A DNA stretch of 64,000 bases from an uncultured Candidatus Entotheonella sp. (GCA_965217185.1 OZ244252.1:3712001-3776000), one strand, 5' to 3'. Positions 29,450 to 39,648 are shown, numbered from the stretch's first letter. The notes: generated from the letters alone by a model not told the origin. A program made the numbers and translations.

Positions 29450-30319
29450 ATGCAGGTTGTTGCGGACATCGCCGCCGTCCGCCGCGCGCGACAAGTTGAC
29501 CTCTCGGCGACGTGGGGGCTTGTGCCCACCATGGGTTTCCTGCACGAGGGGCACCTCAGCCTGGTGCGCCAAGCCCGCCGCGACAACAGCCGCGTCGGCG
29601 TCAGTATCTTCGTCAACCCCGCCCAGTTCCATAATCCCGACGATCTGGCAACCTACCCGCGCGATCCCGAACGCGATCTTGCTTTGTTGAAACAGGAGGG
29701 GGTGGATCTGGTGTGGACGCCGCTGCCGGACCAGGTTTATCCCGCCGGCTATCAGACCTATATCCACGTGGAAGAAGCGTCTCGTCCGCTGGAGGGCGCC
29801 GCGCGGCCTGGCCATTTTCGCGGCGTCGCCACCGTTGTCGCCAAACTGATGAACGTCTTTCAGCCGCAGCGCGTCTACTTCGGACAGAAGGACGCTCAGC
29901 AGGTGGCGGTCGTCAAGCGCATGGTGGAGGACCTGAATTTCCCGCTCACGGTCGTCAGTTGTCCCACCGTGCGGGAGCCGGACGGCTTGGCCATGAGTTC
30001 GCGCAACGTCCTGCTATCGCCGCAGGCGCGTCCGCACGCCGCCTGCCTGTTTCGCGCCTTGCAGGCCGGCAACGATGCCTTCGGGCAGGGAGAGCGCCAG
30101 GCGGAGCCGCTGCGCGCTGCCATGCGGGCGGTGATTGATGCGACGCCGACGGCGCGTATCGATTACGTCAGCGTTGCCCATCCGGAGACACTGGCGGAGT
30201 TGGACGTCGCGGAGTTGGACGTCGTGGAGGCCGCTGCCCTGCTGTCGTTGGCGGTGTTTGTCGACGAGGTGCGGCTGATCGACAACATCACGGTGGGAGA
30301 GTCGGCTTGTGCCGATTGA
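29450..30319 (+). CDS. panC: Pantoate--beta-alanine ligase
   Basis: VPTMGFLHEGHLSL, SIFVNPAQF, RPGHFRGV, FGQKDAQQ, DGLAMSSRN, RLIDN. Confidence 0.96.
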   Translation: MQVVADIAAVRRARQVDLSATWGLVPTMGFLHEGHLSLVRQARRDNSRVGVSIFVNPAQFHNPDDLATYPRDPERDLALLKQEGVDLVWTPLPDQVYPAGYQTYIHVEEASRPLEGAARPGHFRGVATVVAKLMNVFQPQRVYFGQKDAQQVAVVKRMVEDLNFPLTVVSCPTVREPDGLAMSSRNVLLSPQARPHAACLFRALQAGNDAFGQGERQAEPLRAAMRAVIDATPTARIDYVSVAHPETLAELDVAELDVVEAAALLSLAVFVDEVRLIDNITVGESACAD

Positions 30320-30323
30320 CGGG

Positions 30324-30953
30324 TCACGATGTCATCGGGCGACGGGACAAATCGAGGGGAGCGGCGTCGCGGGCTTGGGCGAGTTCAAAGCCAGGTCTGG
30401 AAGGCTCCATAAAGGTTATGGCGTCGTAGAAGTCGTCCAACGGCACGAACACGCCGTTGTTTTCAGCCCAGCGGCGCATACGCTGGTTGCAGGCGTGCAC
30501 CCAGGACAGGATCTCGATGCGCCAGTTACGCCGGTGCATCCGTTCCAGTGTGCTGTGAAACCCGGCCCCTTCCAAGTAACCGGCGCCGTCGCCGGTGAGC
30601 AGGACCACAGTGCCGGGGTCGCCGTTGTAATCTAAGGCGTCTTCGAGCATCCGCAATTGCAAGAGGCGGTCGGGCATTTCCTGTTCGCCCCGCTCCCGGC
30701 TGCCGCGATCGAATAATCTGACTTCAATTCCGTTGCTTTCCATCCGATTCCAGAGCTGCCGCATCTCCGGCGGCACCGAGCCCACCGCCAAGGCCCGCTC
30801 AATGGGCCGGTCCGCGTGCGCCAGCCGCAGCATGTTGTCGAAGTGCACCCGGATACGATAGCGTGCATTGGGGCCTTCCGAGCGCTCCTCGGCCAAGCGC
30901 TGCGCCTCGTGGAAGATGTTCGAGTTGTCCCAATATATGAAGACGCGATCCAT
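30324..30953 (-). CDS. NYN (PIN-like) domain protein
   Basis: IYWDNSNI, VGSVPP, EQEMPD, VVLLTGDG. Confidence 0.8.
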   Translation of the reverse strand: MDRVFIYWDNSNIFHEAQRLAEERSEGPNARYRIRVHFDNMLRLAHADRPIERALAVGSVPPEMRQLWNRMESNGIEVRLFDRGSRERGEQEMPDRLLQLRMLEDALDYNGDPGTVVLLTGDGAGYLEGAGFHSTLERMHRRNWRIEILSWVHACNQRMRRWAENNGVFVPLDDFYDAITFMEPSRPGFELAQARDAAPLDLSRRPMTS

Positions 30954-30980
30954 GCCGCTTCACCTTCTGGCAAATGAAAC

Positions 30981-31010
30981 GTCGGGTTACGCTTTGCTAA
31001 TCCGACCTAC
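30981..31010 (-). repeat. GTAG-family REP palindrome, copy 2
   Basis: GTCGGGTTACGCTTTGCTAATCCGACCTAC. Confidence 0.8.
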
Positions 31011-31028
31011 AGCTTGATACGAAAATAG

Positions 31029-31889
31029 CTACCGCGACCAGGGATGCGGCAGCCCGGGGATCTTACTGCGCAGCGTGTAAACGGAGGTACGGGCCGTGAA
31101 GAACATCGTCTGCCGGTCAGGGCCACCGAACAGCAGATTTGCCGGGATTTCCGGGGTGCGAATGATGCCCAGCCGGGTGCCGTCGGGGGAGAAAACCCAG
31201 GTGCCGCCCGGACCGGTGCAGTAGACGTTACCTTCTACGTCCACCTTCATGCCGTCCGGCACGCCGTCGGTTTCCACGGACGACATGTCGGCGAACATCT
31301 GCCGACGCGCCATGAGGCCGTCCGACCCGATTTCGATGGCGTGGATGTAGGCGCCCCAGCGCGTATTGGAGACGTACAGGGTCTTCTCGTCCGGCGAAAA
31401 GGCCAAGCCGTTGGGATACTCACAGTCCGCCACCAGGGTCATGGCGCCGTCGGGCGCGATGCGATAAACCCCCGAATAGGGGCACTCGCGGTCTGCAAAG
31501 GGGACGCGCAGGCCGGGGTCGGTGAAATAAATGCTGCCGTCCGAGGCGCACACCACGTCATTGGGCCGGTTCAGGCGCCGGCCCTCATAGCGCTCGGCAA
31601 CGGTCTCGACTTGGCCGTCGGCTGCCATGCGGGTAACCCGGCGGTTGCCGCCTTCGCACATGAGCAGGCGGCCTTGCAGGTCGAACGTCGTGCCGTTGCC
31701 TTCGCCGGTGTTTTCACGCACCGTTTCCGGTGCCTGTCCTGGCACCAGGCGGTGCAGCCGGTTGTTGGGCAGGTCCACAAAGTAGTAAAAGCCGTCGGGA
31801 TGCCAGGTCGGCCCTTCCGTAAAGGCAAATCCCGTGGCCAGCTGCTCGGCTTCCGTCGTTGCCAGAATTCTGCTGAGGGGATCACCCAT
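31029..31889 (-). CDS. SMP-30/gluconolactonase/LRE family protein
   Basis: FTEGPTW, NRPND, YFTDP, PNGLAFSPD, PDGMKVD, NLLFGG. Confidence 0.92.
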   Translation of the reverse strand: MGDPLSRILATTEAEQLATGFAFTEGPTWHPDGFYYFVDLPNNRLHRLVPGQAPETVRENTGEGNGTTFDLQGRLLMCEGGNRRVTRMAADGQVETVAERYEGRRLNRPNDVVCASDGSIYFTDPGLRVPFADRECPYSGVYRIAPDGAMTLVADCEYPNGLAFSPDEKTLYVSNTRWGAYIHAIEIGSDGLMARRQMFADMSSVETDGVPDGMKVDVEGNVYCTGPGGTWVFSPDGTRLGIIRTPEIPANLLFGGPDRQTMFFTARTSVYTLRSKIPGLPHPWSR

Positions 31890-31913
31890 GACAAGTCCTC
31901 CTTTCGCTTCGCT

Positions 31914-32450
31914 TTAATCGTCCATCGGCCAGACCGTGCGGATGGGGTCGGAGCCGTCCCAGTCGCGCGCGGCTTCGGCAATGCGCTGAAACATCCGCCC
32001 CTTGGGGCCGCTGATGTCCGAGAGCTCGACCACCGTGCCGGGATGCCCCTCGGTCTGGAAGTAGACGAAGCGTCCCGGGTCCCCGACGCGCCCGGACTGG
32101 CCAATGACGTAGCCGGCGTCGAGGGCGCGCGCGAGGTCGGCCTCGAACGTGGTTGTCCAATACGCAACGTGCTGCAGGCCCTCGTGCCCTGCCTGCAGGA
32201 AATCGTGGTACATCGACGGCCCGTCGTTGCGTTGCTGGATAAGCTCGATTTGCAAGGTGCCCGAGTTCGCCAGGGCAATCGAGACCTCGGCGGGTGAGGG
32301 CGTCCCCTTATAGGTGAAATCCACAATGGGCGCGCGGTCGATGTAGTACCACGGGCCAACGTCCAACACCTCGATCCAGTGCCGCATGGCGGCCTGGATG
32401 TCTCGCACTACGTAGCCATTCTGGGTAACGGCTCCAAAGAATCGGCTCAT
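31914..32450 (-). CDS. VOC/glyoxalase family protein (methylmalonyl-CoA epimerase-like)
   Basis: QNGYVVRDI, QIELIQ, EGLQHVAY, FVYF, VVEL. Confidence 0.85.
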   Translation of the reverse strand: MSRFFGAVTQNGYVVRDIQAAMRHWIEVLDVGPWYYIDRAPIVDFTYKGTPSPAEVSIALANSGTLQIELIQQRNDGPSMYHDFLQAGHEGLQHVAYWTTTFEADLARALDAGYVIGQSGRVGDPGRFVYFQTEGHPGTVVELSDISGPKGRMFQRIAEAARDWDGSDPIRTVWPMDD

Positions 32451-32479
32451 CTGCTTTCTCCTCTACGGTGGCGCCGTAT

Positions 32480-32532
32480 GGCAGGAATTGCCTCCGGCAG
32501 GAATTGCCTCCGGCAGGAATTGCCTCCGGCAG
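32480..32532. repeat. 16-bp exact tandem repeat, 3.3 copies
   Basis: (GGCAGGAATTGCCTCC)x3 + GGCAG in a divergent intergenic region. Confidence 0.95.
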
Positions 32533-32670
32533 TGTTGTCGGCTAATGACGGTTTGACCTCCCCGCGGGCAAGCGGTAGACTGCCACCCCTCCCAAACGTG
32601 TCTGCTGGCCGCGACGCAACGCAAGCCATTGGCCGCACAAACCAACCCTCGAAGGTGACGGAGTTGCCGC

Positions 32671-33321
32671 ATGGAGAGTGGTATCCATTGGTTCGACTTG
32701 GCGATGATTGTGATCTTGATTCTGAGCGGTATCTGGAGCCTGTTTCGGGGTTTCTTGCGGGAAATGCTGTCGTTGCTGGGTTTTGTCGTGGTGGTGACGC
32801 TGTCGGTATACGCCTATCCCTACGTGTTCGTTGCCCTGGAGGGGGTCGTCAGTGAAAACTGGGTGCGGCAGGTTGTCGGCATGGCGCTGGTCTTCATCGC
32901 CGCGGTGGTGCTTTTCGTCGCCTTCATCAGATTGGGGGCGGTGTTGACCCATGCGATGGGCCTTTCCATTCTCGACCGGCTGTTGGGTTTTTGCTTCGGC
33001 TTGCTGAAGGTCGTTGTCTTCGTTTCCCTGCTGTTCCTGGTGGGCAACAAATTTTTGCCCGATCTGACGATCCTGCTGACCCATACGTCCATTCTGGGCC
33101 CGACGTTCGGCTACACCGCCAGCCTGCTGGAAAGGACGATCCTGGAGCAAGGTGTTAGCGTCCTTGAGGAGTCGCCCATTATGCCGGAACAACTGCCCGC
33201 CCTCCCGGAGTTGCCGGAACTGCCGGAACTGCCGGAGGTCGTCGAGCCGTATATGCCGGACCCGTTCGCCCCGGATGACCCCGCCCCCGACAATGGCGCC
33301 CCGGCGCCCGAGGCGCAATAG
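32671..33321 (+). CDS. cvpA: CvpA family membrane protein with Pro/Glu-rich tail
   Basis: FDLAM...RGFLREMLSL, GLSILDRLLGFCFG; LPE repeats at the C-terminus. Confidence 0.85.
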   Translation: MESGIHWFDLAMIVILILSGIWSLFRGFLREMLSLLGFVVVVTLSVYAYPYVFVALEGVVSENWVRQVVGMALVFIAAVVLFVAFIRLGAVLTHAMGLSILDRLLGFCFGLLKVVVFVSLLFLVGNKFLPDLTILLTHTSILGPTFGYTASLLERTILEQGVSVLEESPIMPEQLPALPELPELPELPEVVEPYMPDPFAPDDPAPDNGAPAPEAQ

Positions 33322-33337
33322 AGCCGCGCTTCCCGGC

Positions 33338-33946
33338 TTATTCCTCGGCCTTGGCCGCATCGGTTTTGCTGAAGGTCTGGCGTACTTCCTGATTGGCCTC
33401 GATGAGCCGCTGCATGCGCTCCGTCGCTTCCTGCCGCATGAAGTCCTCCACGCACGACAGCACCACGCGACCGGCCAGCGTATTGACGTTGGCAATCTCC
33501 GGCAGCGCGTAGGCTTCCGGGTCCTTCTGCATAGCAGCGATGCGCTCGGCGACCGTGTCGTTGTCGTACATCTCCTCGAAGCCGTAGCGATAGCGCAGCC
33601 GCACGTAATCCCGCTCCTTCGTCGACTCGCCGTTCGCCTCCTGTTGCACGATGTTTTCCATGTCCATTTCTTCCGGACGCTTGGCGTCGCTGGCGAGGAA
33701 TCCCTCAATAGCCGCGAAGTAGTTGGTGAACTCGTCCCGATCCAGATCGTCCTGAGGGATTTTGGAGCTGATCTCCAGCTCAACGGCGTCCCCGTTGATG
33801 GCCGGCGTGCTGACCTCGTACGTGATGCCGTCGAGGTGGAAGCGGTTCTCGCGCTTGGCCTGGTACTGCGACTGGAACGACTCGATACAACTCGTCACCC
33901 CATTGGCAACAAATTGGTGGAATAACTGCTGCCTGAAACCTGACAT
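33338..33946 (-). CDS. Hypothetical acidic protein
   Basis: 202-aa ORF with genome-typical codon usage and a purine-rich RBS; no family recognised. Confidence 0.7.
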   Translation of the reverse strand: MSGFRQQLFHQFVANGVTSCIESFQSQYQAKRENRFHLDGITYEVSTPAINGDAVELEISSKIPQDDLDRDEFTNYFAAIEGFLASDAKRPEEMDMENIVQQEANGESTKERDYVRLRYRYGFEEMYDNDTVAERIAAMQKDPEAYALPEIANVNTLAGRVVLSCVEDFMRQEATERMQRLIEANQEVRQTFSKTDAAKAEE

Positions 33947-34180
33947 CCCTTGTACTCCCTATGTGCGAGACCCGCGCGCGGGCCTTGACGCATCGTAACT
34001 GCTGCTCCCGCCAACCGCCTGGCGGCGCCGAATCTGCCCTTGCGGCATCCACTCAATGGATACGTTGACTATGGATGGAGTGGCGCCAGTATAGACACGC
34101 CCTCCACTCGGCGCAACGCCGAAGCGCGCGCCGTCGCCGTTCTTGACGCTGCTCGCCGGTGTCAATTAGACTGACTGCCT

Positions 34181-36055
34181 ATGACTCTTCTGCGCATAAG
34201 CAATATCACCAAGACCTTCGCCGGGGTGCCGGTTCTGCAAGATGTTTCCTGGCAGATCGAAGCCGGGCGCAAGATCGGCCTGGTGGGCGTCAACGGCAGC
34301 GGCAAAAGCACCCTCCTCAATCTCCTCAGCGGCATGATGAGCGCCGACCGCGGCGCCATCGAAATGGCGCGCCAGATGCGCCTCGGCTACCTCACCCAGG
34401 AAATGGCGGCCGAGGGCGACCGGACGCTGTACGACGAGGTGCGCGAGGCGTTCCGCCCCCTGCTGGACATGCAAACGGAGATGACCCGTCTGGAAACGCG
34501 CATGGCGCAGCAGCAGGCCGACGACGCCGACATGCAGCGCTACGGGGCGCTGATGGAGGAGTTCAACGCTCGGCAGGGCTATGCCATCCGGGCGCGCGTC
34601 GAGGCCACGCTGTCCGGGCTGGGGTTCCGCCCCGAGGCGCTGCAAACGTCGGTTCGGCACCTCAGCGGCGGCCAGAAGAATATCGCCGCCCTGGCCCGCG
34701 TGCTCCTGCAAGAGCCCGATCTGCTGCTGCTCGACGAGCCCTCGAACCACCTCGACGTGCAGGCGACGGAATGGCTGGAAGGCGTCCTGCGGGATTATGC
34801 CGGCGCCGTCGTGGTCGTGTCGCACGATCGCTATTTTCTCGACCGCACCGTCGATGAGATCGTCGAGCTGGAGCAGCAAAACCTGCAGCGTTATCCCGGC
34901 AACTATTCTGCCTATGTGGTCGCCAAGGCGCTGCGCCGCGAGCAGCAGACAAAGGCGTACGAACAGCAACAGGCCGAGATCGAGCGCCACGAGGAGTTCA
35001 TCCGTCGCAATATGGCGGGGCAGAACACCAAGCAGGCGCAGAGCCGCCAGAAGATGCTGGCGCGCATCGAGCGGCTTGACAAGCCGGGCGGCGACGGCCG
35101 CCGTATGAACGTGCAGTTCGCCGCCAACCGGCGTGAGAACCACGAGGTGCTGGTGTGCCACAATCTGCAAAAGCGCTACGGCGACCGCGAGGTGCTGCGG
35201 CGCTTGTCGTTTACCGTCTACAGGGGCGAGAAGGTCGGCCTGACGGGGCCGAACGGGGCCGGCAAGAGCACCCTGCTGCGCCTGCTGATGGGCCAGGAAA
35301 CGCCCGACGGAGGCGCCCTGCACGCCGGCAGCAACATTGCCGTGGCGTATTACGATCAGGAACTGGGCAGCCTGCAAGCGCGCAACACCGTCCTCGACGA
35401 GGTATGGCAGGCGGCGCCGGATTGGACGCAGGGCGAGATGCGCAGCCATCTAGGCCGCTTCTTGTTTTCGGGCGATGAGGTGTTGCAGACCATCGGCAGC
35501 CTCAGCGGCGGCCAGAAGAGCCGCGTGGCGCTGGCCAAGCTGATGCTGACCAAGGCCAACCTGCTGGTGCTCGACGAGCCGACCAACCACCTGGACATCC
35601 CCGCCTGCGAGATGCTCGAGCAGGCCCTGGCCGACTACCCCGGCACCCTGCTGATCGTGTCGCACGACCGCTATTTTCTGGACCGCGTCATCGACCGGCT
35701 GCTGCTCCTGCACGATGGCACGTGCACGTCGCACGCCGGCAATTATTCCGATTACCAGGCGGCCATGACGGCCCCGGCGCCCACCCCGGTGGCTAAGGTT
35801 CGCAAGAAAGCGCCGCTGCCTCCCCGGCGCCGTGGCGTCAAACGGCGCACGCCGGGCTCCATCGAGCGTGAAATCGCGCAGGTCGAGGCGGAAATCGCCG
35901 CTCTGCAGGCCGAATTGGATGCCCGTCACGACCCCAGCGACTGGCAGCAGCTTGCCGACATCAGCAGCCGACAAGGGGACGCCTCGGAACGGCTGCAACA
36001 GCTTTTGGAAGAGTGGGAAAACAGCATGGCCATCGAAGAAGGGAGCGTGAGTTGA
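34181..36055 (+). CDS. ABC-F family ATPase
   Basis: Two ABC domains (GVNGSGKST, GPNGAGKST), LSGGQK, DEPSNHLD/DEPTNHLD, SHDRYFLD, coiled-coil tail. Confidence 0.93.
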   Translation: MTLLRISNITKTFAGVPVLQDVSWQIEAGRKIGLVGVNGSGKSTLLNLLSGMMSADRGAIEMARQMRLGYLTQEMAAEGDRTLYDEVREAFRPLLDMQTEMTRLETRMAQQQADDADMQRYGALMEEFNARQGYAIRARVEATLSGLGFRPEALQTSVRHLSGGQKNIAALARVLLQEPDLLLLDEPSNHLDVQATEWLEGVLRDYAGAVVVVSHDRYFLDRTVDEIVELEQQNLQRYPGNYSAYVVAKALRREQQTKAYEQQQAEIERHEEFIRRNMAGQNTKQAQSRQKMLARIERLDKPGGDGRRMNVQFAANRRENHEVLVCHNLQKRYGDREVLRRLSFTVYRGEKVGLTGPNGAGKSTLLRLLMGQETPDGGALHAGSNIAVAYYDQELGSLQARNTVLDEVWQAAPDWTQGEMRSHLGRFLFSGDEVLQTIGSLSGGQKSRVALAKLMLTKANLLVLDEPTNHLDIPACEMLEQALADYPGTLLIVSHDRYFLDRVIDRLLLLHDGTCTSHAGNYSDYQAAMTAPAPTPVAKVRKKAPLPPRRRGVKRRTPGSIEREIAQVEAEIAALQAELDARHDPSDWQQLADISSRQGDASERLQQLLEEWENSMAIEEGSVS

Positions 36056-36426
36056 ATACCCCAGATCTGATCATCCTGATCGACGCCGATTACCGGCGCT
36101 TGCGGCGTGAACTCAAGGAAGCGGGGCTCGATCTGTGCTACATGGCGCAGTCGGATCGACCCGTGCGCCTCAAGTGGTCCCCGGACCTCTTCCAACGAGC
36201 GGATTTTCTGCAACATCTGGCGCAACGTCGGCCAAGCGATTCCAGCTACTGCGTGGCGTCGGTGTCCCTCCTCAAGAAAGCCACCTGGTTCCAGCCCGAT
36301 CAGTTCGCCGTCACCTTCCATGCCGTCGGTGACTTGTACGGTGCGGACCTGGACAAGTATCTGGTCGAACACAACGTGCAGAGCAGCGCCGAGATGTCGC
36401 GCGACGTGCTGGCCCGCACGGCTTAG
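36052..36426 (+). CDS. Hypothetical protein
   Basis: TTG start overlapping the ABC-F stop; genome-typical codon usage. Confidence 0.6.
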   Translation: MNTPDLIILIDADYRRLRRELKEAGLDLCYMAQSDRPVRLKWSPDLFQRADFLQHLAQRRPSDSSYCVASVSLLKKATWFQPDQFAVTFHAVGDLYGADLDKYLVEHNVQSSAEMSRDVLARTA

Positions 36427-36523
36427 CGGCGTCGCGCGCTGACGCGAGCGGCACTCGTGTCTTAATATGTCCTGTCTCGCTGACGCTCGCAGGGCTGTGG
36501 ACAGGCGGCGGAGGCCGTCCCTC

Positions 36524-37867
36524 ATGACCAGCGTTTCTCTTGCTGATTGGATTTCCGGCCTGAGCTTCGAAGCCCTGCCGCGCCGCGTCCGCAGCCGCGC
36601 CAAGCTGGCCGTGTTCGACGCCTGCGGCGCGGCGCTGGCCGGCACGCACCATCCGGCGGTGCAGCACGTGCGGCGTCTGATCGCGGACACGGATTCGGCG
36701 CCGCGGGTTCGCGTCATCGGCGACCCGTCGCTGCGTGTGAGCCAGCTCGATGCCGCCTGGCTGCTGGGCACCATGACGGACGCCTATCTCTATAGCAACG
36801 TTCACGTTCCCAGCGGCGGTCATTTCACCTCGGTTCTGCTGCCGGTTCTGCTGGCTGTGAGCGAGGTTCAAGAGGTCAGTGGGCCGGAAGCGCTGACGGC
36901 ATACGTCGCCGGCTACGAAGTTGCGGCGCGGCTGGCGGCGGTTGCGGGTTCCGACCGGCAGCGTGGGCACATGACCGCCGTTGCCGGGACGATGGGTGCG
37001 ACGGCAGCCGCGGGACGGCTGCTGGGCCTGTCGCCCGAGCAGTTGCGCCATGCCTTCGTGATGGCCGCAGGTGAGACGACCGGCGGCGATGACTCGGAGA
37101 TGCCGAGCGGCCGCGCCGCGCGCCGCGGGCTGCTCAGCGCTGTGCAGGCGGGTCAGGACTTCAACAGCGGCGACGTGAAGACCGGCGAGGAACTGGCGGC
37201 TTGGCTGGCGCTTTTTGGGGATGGATCATTTCAGACCGACAGGGTGCTGAAAAGCTGGGGCGACGATTTCGCCCTGGACCGCGCCGAGTTGCACTTCAAG
37301 CTGTACCCGACTGACATCGCCGCGCATGGCTTCATCGACGCCGCGTTGGCGCTGCATCAACAGGGCATCGAGCCCGATCAGGTGCGGCGTCTCGTTTGCC
37401 GGGTGAGCCCGTCCGCCGCGCCGTCCCTTTCCTTTGCGCCCGCCACGCCACAGCAGGCGCAGCGCAGCCTGCCGTATGCCGTCGCGGTGGCCTTGTGCGA
37501 CGGCCGGGTGGGCTTGCCGCAGTTCAACCCCTCCCGCGTGTCGGCTGACGAGGTGCAAGCCCTGATGGGGCGCGTCGAGGTGGAGCAGGACGCATCCTTC
37601 GAGGCGCTGGACGGTTCTGACCCCTCCGCCGTTTTGCGAGCCGACCTCAACGACGGGCGCAGCCTGATCGAAACCGTCGAACACGCCCGCGGCAGCCCGC
37701 AGCGCCCCCCGACGCGTCCCGAGTTCGAGGCCAAGTTTCGCCAGTGCGCCGCTGCCGTATTGTCAACCGAGCGGACGCTGCTCGCGGCGCGCTGCCTGTA
37801 TCAGCTCGACACCCTGCCGGATCTGCGCGGCTTGGTGGACATCCTCAGTACGGCGCCGCGCTCCTGA
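36524..37867 (+). CDS. MmgE/PrpD family protein (divergent)
   Basis: FDACGAALAG, AYVAGYEV, GATAAAGRLLGL, FKLYP, SLPYAVAVAL, RGSPQRP, KF. Confidence 0.85.
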   Translation: MTSVSLADWISGLSFEALPRRVRSRAKLAVFDACGAALAGTHHPAVQHVRRLIADTDSAPRVRVIGDPSLRVSQLDAAWLLGTMTDAYLYSNVHVPSGGHFTSVLLPVLLAVSEVQEVSGPEALTAYVAGYEVAARLAAVAGSDRQRGHMTAVAGTMGATAAAGRLLGLSPEQLRHAFVMAAGETTGGDDSEMPSGRAARRGLLSAVQAGQDFNSGDVKTGEELAAWLALFGDGSFQTDRVLKSWGDDFALDRAELHFKLYPTDIAAHGFIDAALALHQQGIEPDQVRRLVCRVSPSAAPSLSFAPATPQQAQRSLPYAVAVALCDGRVGLPQFNPSRVSADEVQALMGRVEVEQDASFEALDGSDPSAVLRADLNDGRSLIETVEHARGSPQRPPTRPEFEAKFRQCAAAVLSTERTLLAARCLYQLDTLPDLRGLVDILSTAPRS

Positions 37868-37896
37868 GTCCCTATCCCCTTGAACTGGAGGTTAAG

Positions 37897-38346
37897 ATGG
37901 CAATCGACATTCCCTTCGGGCAGCCCGTTTCCGTGTTGTCCGACGACCCTGGAGATAGCGCCGCACGCGCCGCACAGGCGCAGGCGGCCTTGGCGGCGGG
38001 CGAAATCGACGCGGCGGCTTGCCGCGAACGGCTGAGCGCGATTGCGTCGGCGTATCCCGCCTCGTTGAACGCCTGGGCGACGCTCGGCGAGTTGGCGTTG
38101 TCCGATGACGTGGTCGCGGCGTACGCCTTTTTCCGCGTCGGTTACCACCGCGGTCTCGACCGCGCCCGTGCCAGCGGCTGGAACGGCACGCAGCAACTGC
38201 GCTGGCAGGACGAGCCCAACCAGCCGTTCCTGCGTTGCCTGAACGGGCTGCGGCAGGCCGCCGAGGCCATCGGCGAGACCGCGGAGGTGACGCGAATCAG
38301 TCATTTCCTGCGCGACCTCGACCCCGACCACCCGTTGGACTCGTAA
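37897..38346 (+). CDS. DUF3151-like protein
   Basis: AWATLG, AYAFFRVGYHRGLD..RASGW.G, NQPFLRCL, AIGE..E..RI..FL.D.DP. Confidence 0.75.
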   Translation: MAIDIPFGQPVSVLSDDPGDSAARAAQAQAALAAGEIDAAACRERLSAIASAYPASLNAWATLGELALSDDVVAAYAFFRVGYHRGLDRARASGWNGTQQLRWQDEPNQPFLRCLNGLRQAAEAIGETAEVTRISHFLRDLDPDHPLDS

Positions 38347-38383
38347 CGCACCGGCCCGTGCGCGAACGCCGAGGCGAGGCTTT

Positions 38384-39265
38384 ATGACGACCCTAGAGGA
38401 TGTCATTCTGGCGCAGGACAGGAGGGGCGTTGCGGCTCTGCGGCAGTATCTTCCGGTCGACTTCTGCGAGTCGGCGGCGCGGTTTCTGCTGCAGCACACG
38501 GGAACGGTGCTGATTGCCACCGGCTTCTACGTCCAGCGCGCCGCCGCGCCCGAAACCGACGGCCCACCGGGAGCGCTGGCTCTGGGGCGGGCGCTGGCAG
38601 CCCTGGGCAACCGGGTGGTGTACGTCAGTGATGCCTACACGGCGCCCCTGCTGGCCGATCTGGCCTCGGACGATACGGAAACAATAGACTTCCCCATCGC
38701 TGATGACGCCACGAGCCGTCAGGTTGCCCGCGACCTGCTTGACCGTATCGCGCCAACCGTTCTGGTCGCCATCGAACGCTGCGGCCTCACCCGCAGCGGA
38801 ACCTACCTGAATATGCGCGGCCAGGACATCTCCCTGCACACCGCCCGGATCGACCACCTTTTCTTGCAACATCCGCACACCGTCGGCATCGGCGATGGCG
38901 GCAACGAGATCGGCATGGGAAACTTGGCGCCGCGCATCCCCGAGGTGGCCACCCTGCCCAACGACCCTGCCGTCACCCGCACGACCCACCTGGTCATCGC
39001 CAGCGTCGCCAACTGGGGCGCCTATGGCGTGGTGGCCGCGCTGTCCCGGCTGGCGGGCCGAAATCTGCTGCCGCGGCCTGCCGACGAGTCGGCCTGCATT
39101 CGTCGATTGGTCTCACTAGGGGCGGTGGACGGCGTGACCGGCGCCGCCGATTGCACGGTGGACAGCTTCAATCTGTCCGAAAATACGACGGTCCTTGACC
39201 GGCTGAACGGTCTGGTGGAGGTCGAGGGGATTCGGCGGGAAGGCGCGGCAGGGCAGGGTCTGTAG
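38384..39265 (+). CDS. D-glutamate cyclase-like (DUF4392) protein
   Basis: TGF, ETDGPPGA, IERCG, YLNMRG, GIGDGGNEIGMG, SVANWGAY. Confidence 0.85.
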   Translation: MTTLEDVILAQDRRGVAALRQYLPVDFCESAARFLLQHTGTVLIATGFYVQRAAAPETDGPPGALALGRALAALGNRVVYVSDAYTAPLLADLASDDTETIDFPIADDATSRQVARDLLDRIAPTVLVAIERCGLTRSGTYLNMRGQDISLHTARIDHLFLQHPHTVGIGDGGNEIGMGNLAPRIPEVATLPNDPAVTRTTHLVIASVANWGAYGVVAALSRLAGRNLLPRPADESACIRRLVSLGAVDGVTGAADCTVDSFNLSENTTVLDRLNGLVEVEGIRREGAAGQGL

Positions 39266-39372
39266 CGGCCCAAAGCGTTTCGTTCTCTGTGGAATCGAAA
39301 GTCCGTCAAAGCCTGATCTTGCGATACGACCTGTTTATAGACTAAATTCAGTCCGAAAAGGAGGTGACGTCC

Positions 39373-39648
39373 ATGAAACTGTCCAGACAGATCAAGCCGA
39401 TCAGTTACCTTAAAGCCCATGCCGCCGAGATTGTGCGCACGCTCGGGACCCAAGGGGAACCCCTGGTCATTACCCAGAACGGTGAGGCCAAGGCGGTCAT
39501 GCAGGATATCGGAAGCTACGAGCAGACACAGGAAACCATGGCACTGCTCAAGATCCTCGCGCTGGGGGGCCGTCAGGTCGAAGCGGGTCAGGTGCAACCC
39601 GCTGCCGATGTGATCGCGCGGCTCCGGGAGCGGCAACAGGCTCGCTGA
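39373..39648 (+). CDS. Phd/YefM family antitoxin
   Basis: IKPISYLKAHAAEI, PLVITQNGEAKAV; AGGAGG RBS; overlaps the toxin gene. Confidence 0.92.
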   Translation: MKLSRQIKPISYLKAHAAEIVRTLGTQGEPLVITQNGEAKAVMQDIGSYEQTQETMALLKILALGGRQVEAGQVQPAADVIARLRERQQAR

